A DNA stretch of 63,126 nt, filler included, from Klebsormidium nitens (lineage: Eukaryota > Plantae > Klebsormidiophyceae), in the NCBI GenBank assembly GCA_000708835.1. It is 8 parts of 8 records of this genome, joined end to end, with 100 filler letters (N's around TTAATTAATTAA, not from the genome) between each part and the next. Parts side by side here need not be neighbours in the genome. Positions count along the whole stretch, not along the records: positions 5,801 to 22,346 come from DF237990.1; 7 more parts are not named here. One strand, 5' to 3'. Shown here piece after piece: positions 7,032-17,800 of the stretch. Below the pieces are notes generated by a model. It had not been told where the DNA came from, searched no databases, and worked only from the letters and a program-made list of their open reading frames with translations. Position numbers and translations under genes: made by a program. Every line of letters starts with the position of its first letter. Position 1 is the stretch's first letter.

Positions 7032-10000
7032 ATGTCTCTTGCAAAGGAAACCCCTGTGTCTAATCAGGATCTTCTTTGTGAGGGCTGCAACAAGACATTC
7101 GGACATTTTACCAACTTTGATCACCACATTAGTTATCGCACAAGCTGCCGACTGAAGAGAGCTATTAAAAACCTCAAGCGCAGGCGAGAGGCAGGGCTGC
7201 CTGATCCTCAAGCCCCTCCAGTAGAAAGGCGCCCTCTTGTCTTCGACGAAGCAGACCAAGATGACCCCGTAGACTTTGCACCAACTGATCATAACAACCC
7301 CCCTCCAAACGACCAAGGTGCAGATGAACCCACTGAGCCAGTAGTAGAGAACAAAGAATGGGAGTCCACCGAGCAGTTCGTTTCATGGATCAAAAGAGCA
7401 AAGTTGAGCCAATCTCAAACAGACGAGATGCTCAACCTGTTCCGCGACCAGAGAATGGACATGAGGGAGGCGTTGGAGATAGTCCAATCGCATCGAGATG
7501 TGGACAAGTACTTGATGCAACAGATTGTAGGAGAGGTAAGATTTGCAGGCCCTGAGCCTTTCTTCATTGACTGGTTTGATATGAGCTTACCCAGGGCAGG
7601 GAGAGAGTGAACAAGCAACTAGACTTACTTGTTCACAAGATATGGTAGCTTTGCTCTAATTCCAAGTATAAAGCCTCTGCTCTAAAAACTGAAGTCTGGC
7701 TAGTTCGCTGTGTTCTTTGATTGTCAACCTTGAGTAGTTTAAGTTTGGAAATTCTTAAGTGGCCGCCATCTCTTCATGTTCCCTCTCTCTTAGAACGCGA
7801 GGATGATCGACCTGTCGCGACCAGGCTTGGATCCTGGGCCTGTGCTGCTTACGTACAAGCCTCTTCTCGAGGTTGTCAAGAAGATGGCGGCCAATGCCAA
7901 GGCGGTGGCGAAGAAGAATGGGAGAGAGGGCAAGTTTGTGCTCAAGCCGGTCATCCAAAACGTAAAGGTGATGCAAAAGCAGAGGGATGGTACGATGAAG
8001 GAGGTCCTCATCGCAGAATATGACCACCCGTCTACGGGCACATGGTGGCATAAGATGCAGAGAGAGGTGAGCCGCAAGAATCTAAGCAAGCTTCAAGCAG
8101 CTTTCTTCTTGCAATAACAATGGCCGCCTAGTCAACGCCGACAATAGTTGAAGTTGTGGCCGGCTGCAAATTGTCGCTTTCCCTAGCTTGTTGAACAACA
8201 CGTTTCCCAGAGTGTCCAACCGACACCCTAGATGTGAAGCTAAACCAGTCCGTCAATGACTACCTGCAGATCGACGTTGATCCCGACTTCCAAGGCTCGG
8301 ATTATGTGGTGCTACCTATCATTATCTACCTGGACAAGACCACCATGGACGGCCTCCGTCGCGTGTCTGTGTTCCCCATGTACGTCTCTCTCGCCAATTT
8401 CAGCTGGGACTTCTACAACGAGAGAGGCGGTTTGGAGCTCGATGCCTTGCTCCCACAGCCCAAGGCGGATCCCGACTGGCCGCAACCTAACTACAAGCCC
8501 AAGTCGGACGGACACCGCGACCTGAAGCGCCACTTCATCACCAGTTCATTGGCGATCGTCACGGAGGACGCCCGGAAAGCGTCGTGGAAGGGTATCGACT
8601 TCGTGGACCCACATGGGGTCAAGCGGAAGGGAGTCCCGCAGATATTCTGCATCAGCAAAGACCTCGGGGAGGCATCCACCATCTCGAACGTAAAGGTCAA
8701 CTACTGCGACTCCTGCCTCGTCCCCCCAGATGAGATGAACCGACTCGACGAAGCCCTCAGGGGAGATTACCCCCCGCGACTGGAACCGGCGATGCGGGTG
8801 GCCGTTAACGCCATCCTCGACCTCAAAGAAGACCCACACGTGCCCAGGGTCCGGGTTACGGAGGAGACAAGGAAGCACGGGGTGCACCCGCAAATGGTGA
8901 GTGCTTCCTATTCCCTTTGCTCGCGAATGCCGCCCAGAATCCAATGAAGCCCCTATATGGCTTCATAATTGGAGATGGCGCGCTACTGATCTTTCAGCCC
9001 TTTGCCAGCGGCCAAGCTCCAATCCAGTGTTTCAAAGCGACTTAATCAGAAGGTGTGCGCCTTCCTGTACTGTTTCCTGGTGGGAGCGCAAAAGCGATCG
9101 AGATTGCACAGACAAAAGCAACTGTTGTCCATAATCATTGTATTGAAGTTGGACAACAGCATCTTTGAGTCGCGCTTCCTCAAAAATCCTAATCACGCAT
9201 GTTCTGCCTGTGCAGCCATGGTTTTTCAAGTGGAAGTACGGCAAGCTTGCCTGGAATGCTCCTTACCTCAAGATGGTCCCAGACGATCTGCACACTGTGT
9301 ACGGGGGTGTGTTGGGGTCCCACTTCCTCAACATCTTGGAGGCGGTCGCCAACATACACCCGCTTGGCAAGGCCGCCTTCCTGGCCCTCATGAACGTGCG
9401 CCTCCATCAAATTTACCTCCTCTACAACCCAGGGCTGCGGCTCCCAGCGAGCAAGGAGTTTTTCACCGAGCGCTACTCCGTGCCCAACTACGAATGGAAG
9501 GCCGTCATGCAGGTACGTTTGTTTGCATCAAAGTTCTGTGTTTGCAAAATCTTCGTGGTCAACGAGTGGGCGACCAATCCTCTGCATGCCGCCCTCCAAT
9601 CCCAGCTATCAACATTCTGCCCAAAAGCATTTGGTCAGAGTTTGTTGGTGTCAATCAGGCAAATAATCCTAGCCTGCTGCCGCTACAGGTGCTGCCAATC
9701 CTGGTGTCCGGCCTTTTCCGGACGCAGAATGGAGTCGACACCCTCGTGGAGTGGGCAGTGGCTTTTGTTGAGTGGGTTTAAGCGACCTTCTGGCTCGAAA
9801 ACGGCATCCACAATGAGAATACCCTGAGCGAGTCCGACCGGTTGCTCCTCGTCTTTGACGAGAAGTGCACCGCGATCGCGGGGCTACAGGCATCGGCTTG
9901 GAATTTCCGCAAGTATCACGACCTCTCCAAGTTCACCGCCACTATCAGGCGGCTCGGTGCCACCCGGTGGACGTCCACGGAGAGGGGAGAGCACGAGCAC

Positions 10001-11349
10001 CCACAGGGTGAAGATCTGGTGGGCCAGCATGAACGGGCGCAATGTGGAGGAGGCGATGTTTGACTCGTAAGTGAAGAGAGCCAAATCTCAATGCATCTCT
10101 TGCTTTTGTGGGCATCCGTGAGAGCTGGTCGAGCCTTTTGATGCAACTCACAGTGAAAGATTACCTCAAAGTTGTTGCAATGCCATTTGCCATCGTAAAC
10201 CTTGCGGTGGACATGTCGCCACTCAATGTTTCCAGGTGGCTTCGTGCGATTGCCCTCGACAACATCGAGACTCTACGAGCGCAAATCACGGAGGTCGTCC
10301 GGCAGAGGGGCAAGTACGACAGCGCGTTGGTCATGGCCGACAAGGCGAAAGAGAACAAGCTTCCGCTGAGTTACCGCTTCGCAACGCTGTGGTCTAACAT
10401 GCTGGTGGACGTGACTTCGCCTCAGAAGATGATCTTCGACGGTGAGATACTCCGACTAAGTTTGAGTTTCTTTTGACTTGCGCCGACTCTCTTTTATCTA
10501 ACGTTTGAGGTGCTTCAACCGCTCTTATCATCAAAGACCCGATTGATGAGCGCTCTTTTGACAACTTTCTGCCTTCCTTCCAACAGGGCACGTCCAACGA
10601 GGTGCCTTCATGCAACTGCTGCGGTCCCAACCCCTCTTGTCCAAACTCCCCGCCGCGCTGGGCACCTACTTCGGCGTACACGTCGGCAACGTGTCGGGCG
10701 CCGCCCTCCGCCGATTGAACCCCATACGCTACCTCCGCGAGAATAACATCGATCCTCGGGTGAGTAAACCTGCAATCGACACTTTCTTCAAGCAAGCTGT
10801 CAAGCAAGAGACTCAGGCTCAGCCAATGACTTAATGACTTCTTATCAGGTTATTGGTACCGGTATAATAGCGTTTGTGATTCTGCATTTGCAGGTGCACG
10901 TCGTCTCTTCGTGCTACATTGTTCCACACGCGGGCGGCCGCAGAAGGTTGCAAGCGGCGAGAGCTATCCCCAGCTTTCACGGCCGCCCGGTTTTTAGCGA
11001 CGTGGCTGTGACGGGGGAGAACAGCAGAACGGGGGCTAGGGAGACCTGGTACGCTCGAGTTGTGTTGTTCTTCAAAGCTTGGCACAAAGTGTTGAAGTGG
11101 GATGAGGTTGAGCTGAAGCAGGTGTGGAAGCCTGTGGAGCATGAGCTCGTGTTCCTTAGGTGGTTCAGGGTCACGGCCTGGACGGACGATGTGAAGTGCG
11201 ACATTCTACAGTGGGAAGCAACTTCCCGCAGGGAGCCGAGCGTCGTCGTGGAGCCGATAGAGTCGCTCATATCGGTAGAAATGATGCTCCCGAAGAAAGC
11301 GCAGAACAGAAACATGGAACTATGGTTTCGGAACAAGTATTACAGGTAG
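7032..11349 (+). mobile_element. Plavaka-family transposase gene, multi-exon
   Basis: N-terminal C2H2-like CEGCNKTFGHFTNFDHHISYRTSC; GTWWHKMQ; IIIYLDKT..DG..SVFPMYVSLAN; CISKDLGEA...K.NYCDSCLVP; PDDLHTVYGGV; WNFRKYHDL..F...IRRLGA....STERGEHEH; C-terminal WYARVVLFFK. Canonical GT-AG introns, e.g. 7536-7793. Confidence 0.82.
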
Positions 11350-11700
11350 CACATGACAATTTGCAAAAGAAGTTCAGGTCGGATGAAGACATTCGTACAC
11401 TCGACTGCTGTGTAATAATGCATTCAAAGAGTCCCCGGGCCGGATCCATTACCGCGTGCTGCAAATGAGCCATTTCCACCATCCAGCGCATGAATTCCGA
11501 ACATATGTGCAAATTGATACTTATCGGAAACGCTGCGCCATGCAAACGGTCAATCTTTGAACCGGCGTTCGAACTCCGACGGACCTCCATTATTCACAAG
11601 TTTAGGAAGTCAAGCGCGACCGGCCTACTATTTACAACTAACCGCGGCCCGCTACCATTCCGGACGGACGAACCGCGTCTAAACTGATCTACAACCACCC

Positions 11701-13614
11701 CTACTCGCTAGCCCCCCTCCCCCAGTCCGAGGAGCCACTCTTCCAGCGCTCCTTCTCTACCTGGACGGCCGACTCCGTGACGCTGGCCGCCGCACTCCGC
11801 CCAATCGTGACGACGCTGTGACCGAACACCTCATCCAGAGTCGGAGGTGCTCCCTCGCCCTTCGCCCCCCCCTCTACCTCCCCTCCGCCAGTCGCTTCCT
11901 TTGCCTTCCTTGAGGCCCGAACCCGAACCCTAGCCAGCTTGAGCAAGTCCAATGCGCTCCCGTGCAAGATGTCCTTCTCCACCGGCACGCCAGCCGAGTG
12001 CGCCAGCGCGGCGATTGCGACGGATCGGCCAAGCTTCGACTGTGCACCCAGATCGGACAGCGCCTCCCGGGCCAGGTCGGCAGCGACAAAGGTTTCGGCA
12101 GATGGGGCGGATTTGAGGAAGCGGCTCATGGGCATGATGTTGGACAGCACTTTGAAGGTCCACAAGTTGTGGCGCCCCTCGTACCTCCGCTCCAAGCGGT
12201 TGTCGTAGTTGTGCTGCATGACCACGACTTGGTCCGGGACGCCAAACTCGTACCAGAAGCGGCTGATCTCTCCCAACCTCCTGATGGGAACGGGAGCGTT
12301 AGGCACAAACCCTTCGCGGTCCAAGTACCATTGCTCCCACTCCACACCCGGGGTGCACACATCCCCCTCCTCCTTGGGGTCGGGCTTATCCACGTGCTCG
12401 CCCTCCACCGCATCCAACTTCGACTCATCCACCCCATCCCACAAAGTCGCTTCGACCTCTTCCAAAGTGGGCCTCGCCGGCGCCACCCGTTCCGGAACCA
12501 CTCGCTTCCGCTCGCACTCTTCTCCGCGAGGATTGCGAGGCTTGCTAGGCTTTTTCCCACCCCATGCCACCCCGGCCGGTCCGACACTCCTCTGAAACTT
12601 TGCTGCCGCCAGCCGCCGATCCATCTCCTTAAAGTGCTCTTCCGGCGGCTCCCCCCCAACCGGGGCACTCAGCTGCTCGCCCAAAAACCGGACAGCACAT
12701 GCCCGGAACCGATCGGCTGATACCCCGTCCGAGACTGCGGCCAATTGGTCATAGGCCCGCCACGTGGCCTCCAGGGCGTCAACACCACGGGACACCGCCG
12801 ACCTGATCACGGATTGAGCGAGCTGCTCGGGCGAAGCCGCCAATGCAGAGAGGGCTTCCACCATTGCCTTGCCCGGGGCCAGTTCGTTGCTTCGAAGCGG
12901 CCGGTTCTCCGGCTCGTTTGCACGCTAGTCCGCCGCCCCGTAAATCCTTCTCCAGGCCATTGACTCCGCCGACGCCCTCTCCCGCTTTTCCGATGCTTCC
13001 TCAAGCGTCTCCCCAGCATCCCTTTCGTGGTCAACCCCCACGCCTGCCGTCAAAAACTTCGCGCCTAACTTTTCGTGGAACTCATTGATGTCCACGCCGT
13101 CCCCCCCTTCCTCGTGCGGCTGCCAACTGGTCCGGTTCACCTCGCGCAGGATGCGAAACAGTTCGTACGGCTTCTTCTCGAGCCCAAGCACGTACTTCAA
13201 GTGCGTCGTCGCCAAATAGTGACCACCATTCCGCATCACAAACACGGGCAGGCCACGAAGGCAGCGGGGGACCGTTTCCGCCATCCGCTCATGCCGCTCC
13301 CTTTCCTCCACCCCCTCGCTTTCCCACTGCGCCAATTGGTCGGTCCAACAAGTGGGCAGTGCGCCTCCCGCTGCTTCGCCATCTACCGGGGTGCGGCGAG
13401 TACTGCCTCCAGCCGCACCGCCATTCCCCGGGCTGCCGTCACCCGCCGCTGGCGACTCCTGCACCCGCAGAGCATGCTGGGCATAGGCGTCTAGAATGTA
13501 GAGCGTGGCGTCCTCGACCGAGAGTGTGCGGGACGCCACCTTCACAGTTTCCCCGCGGCCGGAGTTCGGAGGATCGCGCAGGCAATCGTGGCCGCGGTTC
13601 TGCTGCCCCCCCAT
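11701..13614 (-). pseudogene. About 640-aa intronless hypothetical gene broken by one in-frame TAG (12925-12927)
   Basis: ORFs 12925-13614 and 11701-12864 share a frame; the 20 codons between the TAG and the next ATG are open (RANEPENRPLRSNELAPGKA). Confidence 0.6.
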
Positions 13615-13651
13615 GAGGAGGCCGGCGATCGAGTCGAGAACTTGAAAGTAG

Positions 13652-13939
13652 CTTAGGGACGTGGGCCCTAAGTACCGAGGCCCGAAAAGGGCGGGATCTT
13701 GACCATTTTGGGTGGTCTGGCAGGGGGGTGAGAGGCTTAGGGACAAGATCGAAGCAACATTCCACCCAGTTTCTCTACTTAGGAACAATGGCGCTGTCAA
13801 CAATGGCCCGGACTAGACTTAGGGACATGGGACCCTGCCACCTCAGGCATTGGCGTCGTTTTCCGGGCCGCCACTTGCCCGAATGGAGCGGAGGAGGCTG
13901 GCACTTGTTAGGGAGGTACAACAGGCTAGACTTAGGGAC
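13652..13939 (+). repeat. Cluster of CTTAGGGAC motifs upstream of the KDZ gene
   Basis: Copies at 13652, 13736, 13778 (CTTAGGAAC), 13818 and 13931; inverted CCCTAAG at 13666. Confidence 0.75.
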
Positions 13940-14149
13940 AAGGCGGCATTCCCAGAAGCAATTCAGAAGCCGCAGCACCCAGGGCGCACAGCAAGAGCGC
14001 AGAAGGACAGCACAAGAAGGGCGCTGCAAGCAGGGGAGCGCAGCGCTGCAAGCAGGGGGGCGCAGCGGTAAGAGAGCGCAGCACTACAAGGGGCCGGAAG
14101 AGCACAGGTGAGCTTTAGGGTCGTAGCTGCTGCATGGAAATTGCTACCT

Positions 14150-14800
14150 TTCAGTTTCAAAGGGCCTGAATGAAAAGGCACTTGGGTACAATGCTGCTGG
14201 GGTGTTTAGGGCTGCTTGAAGACTGCCGCTGGTTGATCAGCACTTTGGCAGGTGTAGCGGGGTTGCTGCGCTTCAGAAGGACCTGCTTTGAAAGGCATTC
14301 GGGTACAATGCTGCTTCTCTGTGGGGTGCTTAGCTTCCGAAGGGCCTAGAGGTCTCTGTGGAGTGCTTGAAGGGATGCTGCTGGTTGATCAGCACTTTGG
14401 TAGGTGTACGGTTGCTGTGCTTCAAAAGGACTGCTTGAAAGCATTTGGGTGTGATCCTTCGGGGCTCGAAGCCTTTAGGTATTGCTGCTTTTCTCTNNNN
14501 NNNNNNNNNNNNNNNNNNNNNNNNNNNNNNNNNNNNNNNNNNNNNNNNNNNNNNNNNNNNNNNNNNNNNNNNNNNNNNNNNNNNNNNNNNNNNNNNNNNN
14601 NNNNNNNNNNNNNNNNNNNNNNNNNNNNNNNNNNNNNNNNNNNNNNNNNNNNNNNNNNNNNNNNNNNNNNNNNNNNNNNNNNNNNNNNNNNNNNGGATGT
14701 ACTAGGGTTTGCAAGCGCTTCAGAAGTGCTGCTTGAAGTCATTTGGGTATGATGCTTCTCTGTGGGGTGCAGGGCTGCTTGAAGGGATGCTGCTTGTTGA
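14150..14800. repeat. Degenerate tandem repeat array spanning a scaffold gap
   Basis: Recurring GCTTGAAGGGATGCTGCTGGTTGATCAGCACTTTGG, GGGTACAATGCTGCT and TCTCTGTGGGGTGC on both sides of 14497-14694. Confidence 0.75.
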
Positions 14801-14835
14801 CAGCACATGCTGAACCTACTGTCAATCCTGTGCAG

Positions 14836-17800
14836 ATGGCAGAGGACAAGACGGGCTGGCGGTGCCCGGTCCCTGACGATCCTGTCGACTCTGACATCCT
14901 CAAGGATCACGCTACCATCATCAAGAGGTGCCACGCCTGTCACAACGAGTGCCTTCGCTACTCTGCAACAGGGAACGTCACCATCTCAGGAACAAAGTTC
15001 CATGGCACCACCCCAGGAGCCCGGGAGTCGGTTGTGGGCTTCTTCGTCTGCCAGACCTGCCCCCCTCATCCGAAGTCGTGGCGTCACGGGAGGCCCATGC
15101 CCTACCGCCGGCTGTGGTGCAACAAGTGCCTGAAGTTCCTCATCCCCGGGGCGTTCAGTTTGGCCTTCAACCACAAGCCGGATGGGTCCTGGACACAGAA
15201 TCCAATCAGCTGTTGGCACTGCAGCACGTCGGGGATTAACCCAGAGATGCGGGACTGTCTGAACAGCTGCCCCAAGACCCTCTACAATGACATCAAAGCC
15301 CAAAAACCCAAACGCAAGCCGGTGACAGCCCCCTCAACCAGGCCTAGCAAACAACCCCGCACCTCTGAGCCCCCCATCTTGGCCCCTTCCCTCTCGGTTG
15401 TAGACCCCGCAGCCCGCCTGCAGGAGAACTATCAGCAGCTGGCAGCAACCGTCAAGGAGCGGGGGCTTTTCACCAGCAAGGCCCTGCCAGAGGACTTCCT
15501 CTTCTTCCTGCCTGACTTTGTGTTCAAGGGCAACGACTTCGAGCTCGTCGAACCAAGCCTTCAGAAGAAGCGTTTCCCCAAAACTGTCGTCCTGGGGTGT
15601 GCAAAAACAACCAATGGGAACGGGGTCCTCATGTGCACCTCCTGCTCGGAGCCCCTCTGTGTTCACGTCAGCGTGCTGGAACGGCTCGTGGACGTGACCA
15701 AGCTCAAAGCCCCTGTTAGCGAGAGAAGGCTGCCACCCAAGGAAGAGCCGCCGGCGGAAGAGCCACCTGAACAGAAGCCAAAAGCCAAGAAACAGCAGCT
15801 GTCTAAACTGGGTTTCAAGGCCACTGAGGACTACTGGGCGGTGCAGTTGGACAAGGAGAAGCGCTGGGTCCTCTGCGGGAAGACGGAGGACGGTACCTGG
15901 GCCTGTCAGAAATGCAAAGGAGAAGGAGCGTGCAAGCATGCCTGCGAGGTCACGGGCCTCCCCTACCTGCCTCCGGTAGTCACGAAGAGGTGAGCCTTTC
16001 TTACATGTTATTATAAGGTTGCCTTCATCATCCATCATAGAAGAAGTGCTCAATGGTGACCCCGCGGTTGGGCACGTGCGTCAGATGGTACGTGGGGCGC
16101 TCAAGGTACACGTTCATTCTGGCTTCCCATGTGGCCTGGTCACTGATGACGGGCACCCCAAACTTGTTGTACTTGAAGCAGCCTGAGTGCTTAGTGCCAT
16201 CAGTGGATATGAAGCTGTCTGGGTTGAATTTTAGCTGCACTTGGGGCCGATTGCCAGCATCCTGGAAAAGCTCCATGATTCTTTTTGATTCGCATGAATA
16301 GTTGGCTGCAGAGTGCTGATTCTCGTCGCATTCCAAGTGGACTGTGTGAGTGTAGACATCCGCAAAGATGTCTGCCCTCCGAAAAGAGCACCCACCCTGA
16401 AGCCTCTTGTCAAAGGTGACTTCCTCTGTGTCTGGGAGAATGCCCGCGGCCTGGATGTAATCCAGGAAGTGCTTTTCCTTGATCTTGTAGTTCTTGGAGA
16501 CCTTTTCGTTGGGGAAGAGGTACACGAAACAGCGCAGGCAATAGCCCTTGTAGCGCTTGTTCACTACCGTGCCGCAATTGTTGTGGCACGTTTTGCTCAC
16601 AACATTTACCATTTCCTCCAACTTGCAGGTACTCACGAGACCCCTCGTTGGAATGGGCCGACATCCCCCCAGAAACTCCGCCCCCGGTCAAACCCAAGTC
16701 CAGGGAGACGACTGTGTGCGACGCCTGCCGGCCGGCACATGCTGACGGCATCCCGACGCACCAGTTCCATGGCTGCAGCCACCAGGGCAGGCGCGTGCAC
16801 GTTTGCACTGAAGCTTGTGCAATTTTCCCCTGTTCCCCCATCCCCAAAGCCCAGCTGAGCGACGAGGGAGGGCCTGTGAACCGACTGATGCAGCGGGAGA
16901 TGCAAGAGGCCGCTGCAAAGGGCATCTTCAGTGAGTCCTCCCCAACCTCCAACGTGGCGCCCTGTGGGGCCAGGTGGTTGCGGGAAAACCCCAAAACTGC
17001 CCCGTTCTACACTGAGGCCGACACTTCGAAGGTGGCCCTCTGCGTCTGGCGGTGCAACGCAAGTTGTTGCGTTTTGCGGCCGCACATTGACGAGATCTAC
17101 TTCCAGCCCCCGTCTGAACTGCGTGTGAGCCACAAGGTCCTGGCACAGGAGACGAATCTGCTCTACAAGGGCAAGACCTTCAAGCTGCTCGCTGAACGTG
17201 CTGAGGAAGAGGGTCTTCTTCGCCCTGGTGAGCAAAGCAAGTCAAATTGCACCCGTCTGAAAGCTCTGAAGCCTTGTTCTCACCACTCTTCTCTCGTGCA
17301 AAAGAGCTGTGAAGCTTCTCCCTTTCATGTAATAGAGGCCTGTGCAATTCCAGGAGCATTGCTGACAACATCTGTCACATCTCGAATGGCACGGCCTGCG
17401 CACATACACGGATGACGAGCGTTTTTCACAAACTATCTCAGGTTGAGAGATGTTAGTTTAGCCGCCCTAGGGAGACCTTCCGAAATCTCTGTGTATCCGC
17501 GCATGCGCCTCTGCAGTTGAGTACTATATGCATCAATGCTTCAGATTCTCCACAGACTGTCATCTTTTTGCAGGACGGGAGCCGCCTCTGGCCCGAGACG
17601 CCTTGACGCGCTGGTTCCAAGGCTACCTTCGCACAATCCTGGCAACCGCACCCCGCCCTGAGCTTCCCCCACAGCCAGGCCCGAATCAATGGACGCCTGC
17701 CCTGCGGGAGCTGCTGCGAGAGAGCCCAGTGCTTCTGCTGGAACCCGCTGACCCTCAGACGCTTGTGGGTCGGACCTTCTGGAAGCTGTTCTCGGCGGAC

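Noticed and set aside
13652-13939. Interstitial telomere
   Set aside because: TTAGGG copies are isolated, embedded in CTTAGGGAC and not tandem.
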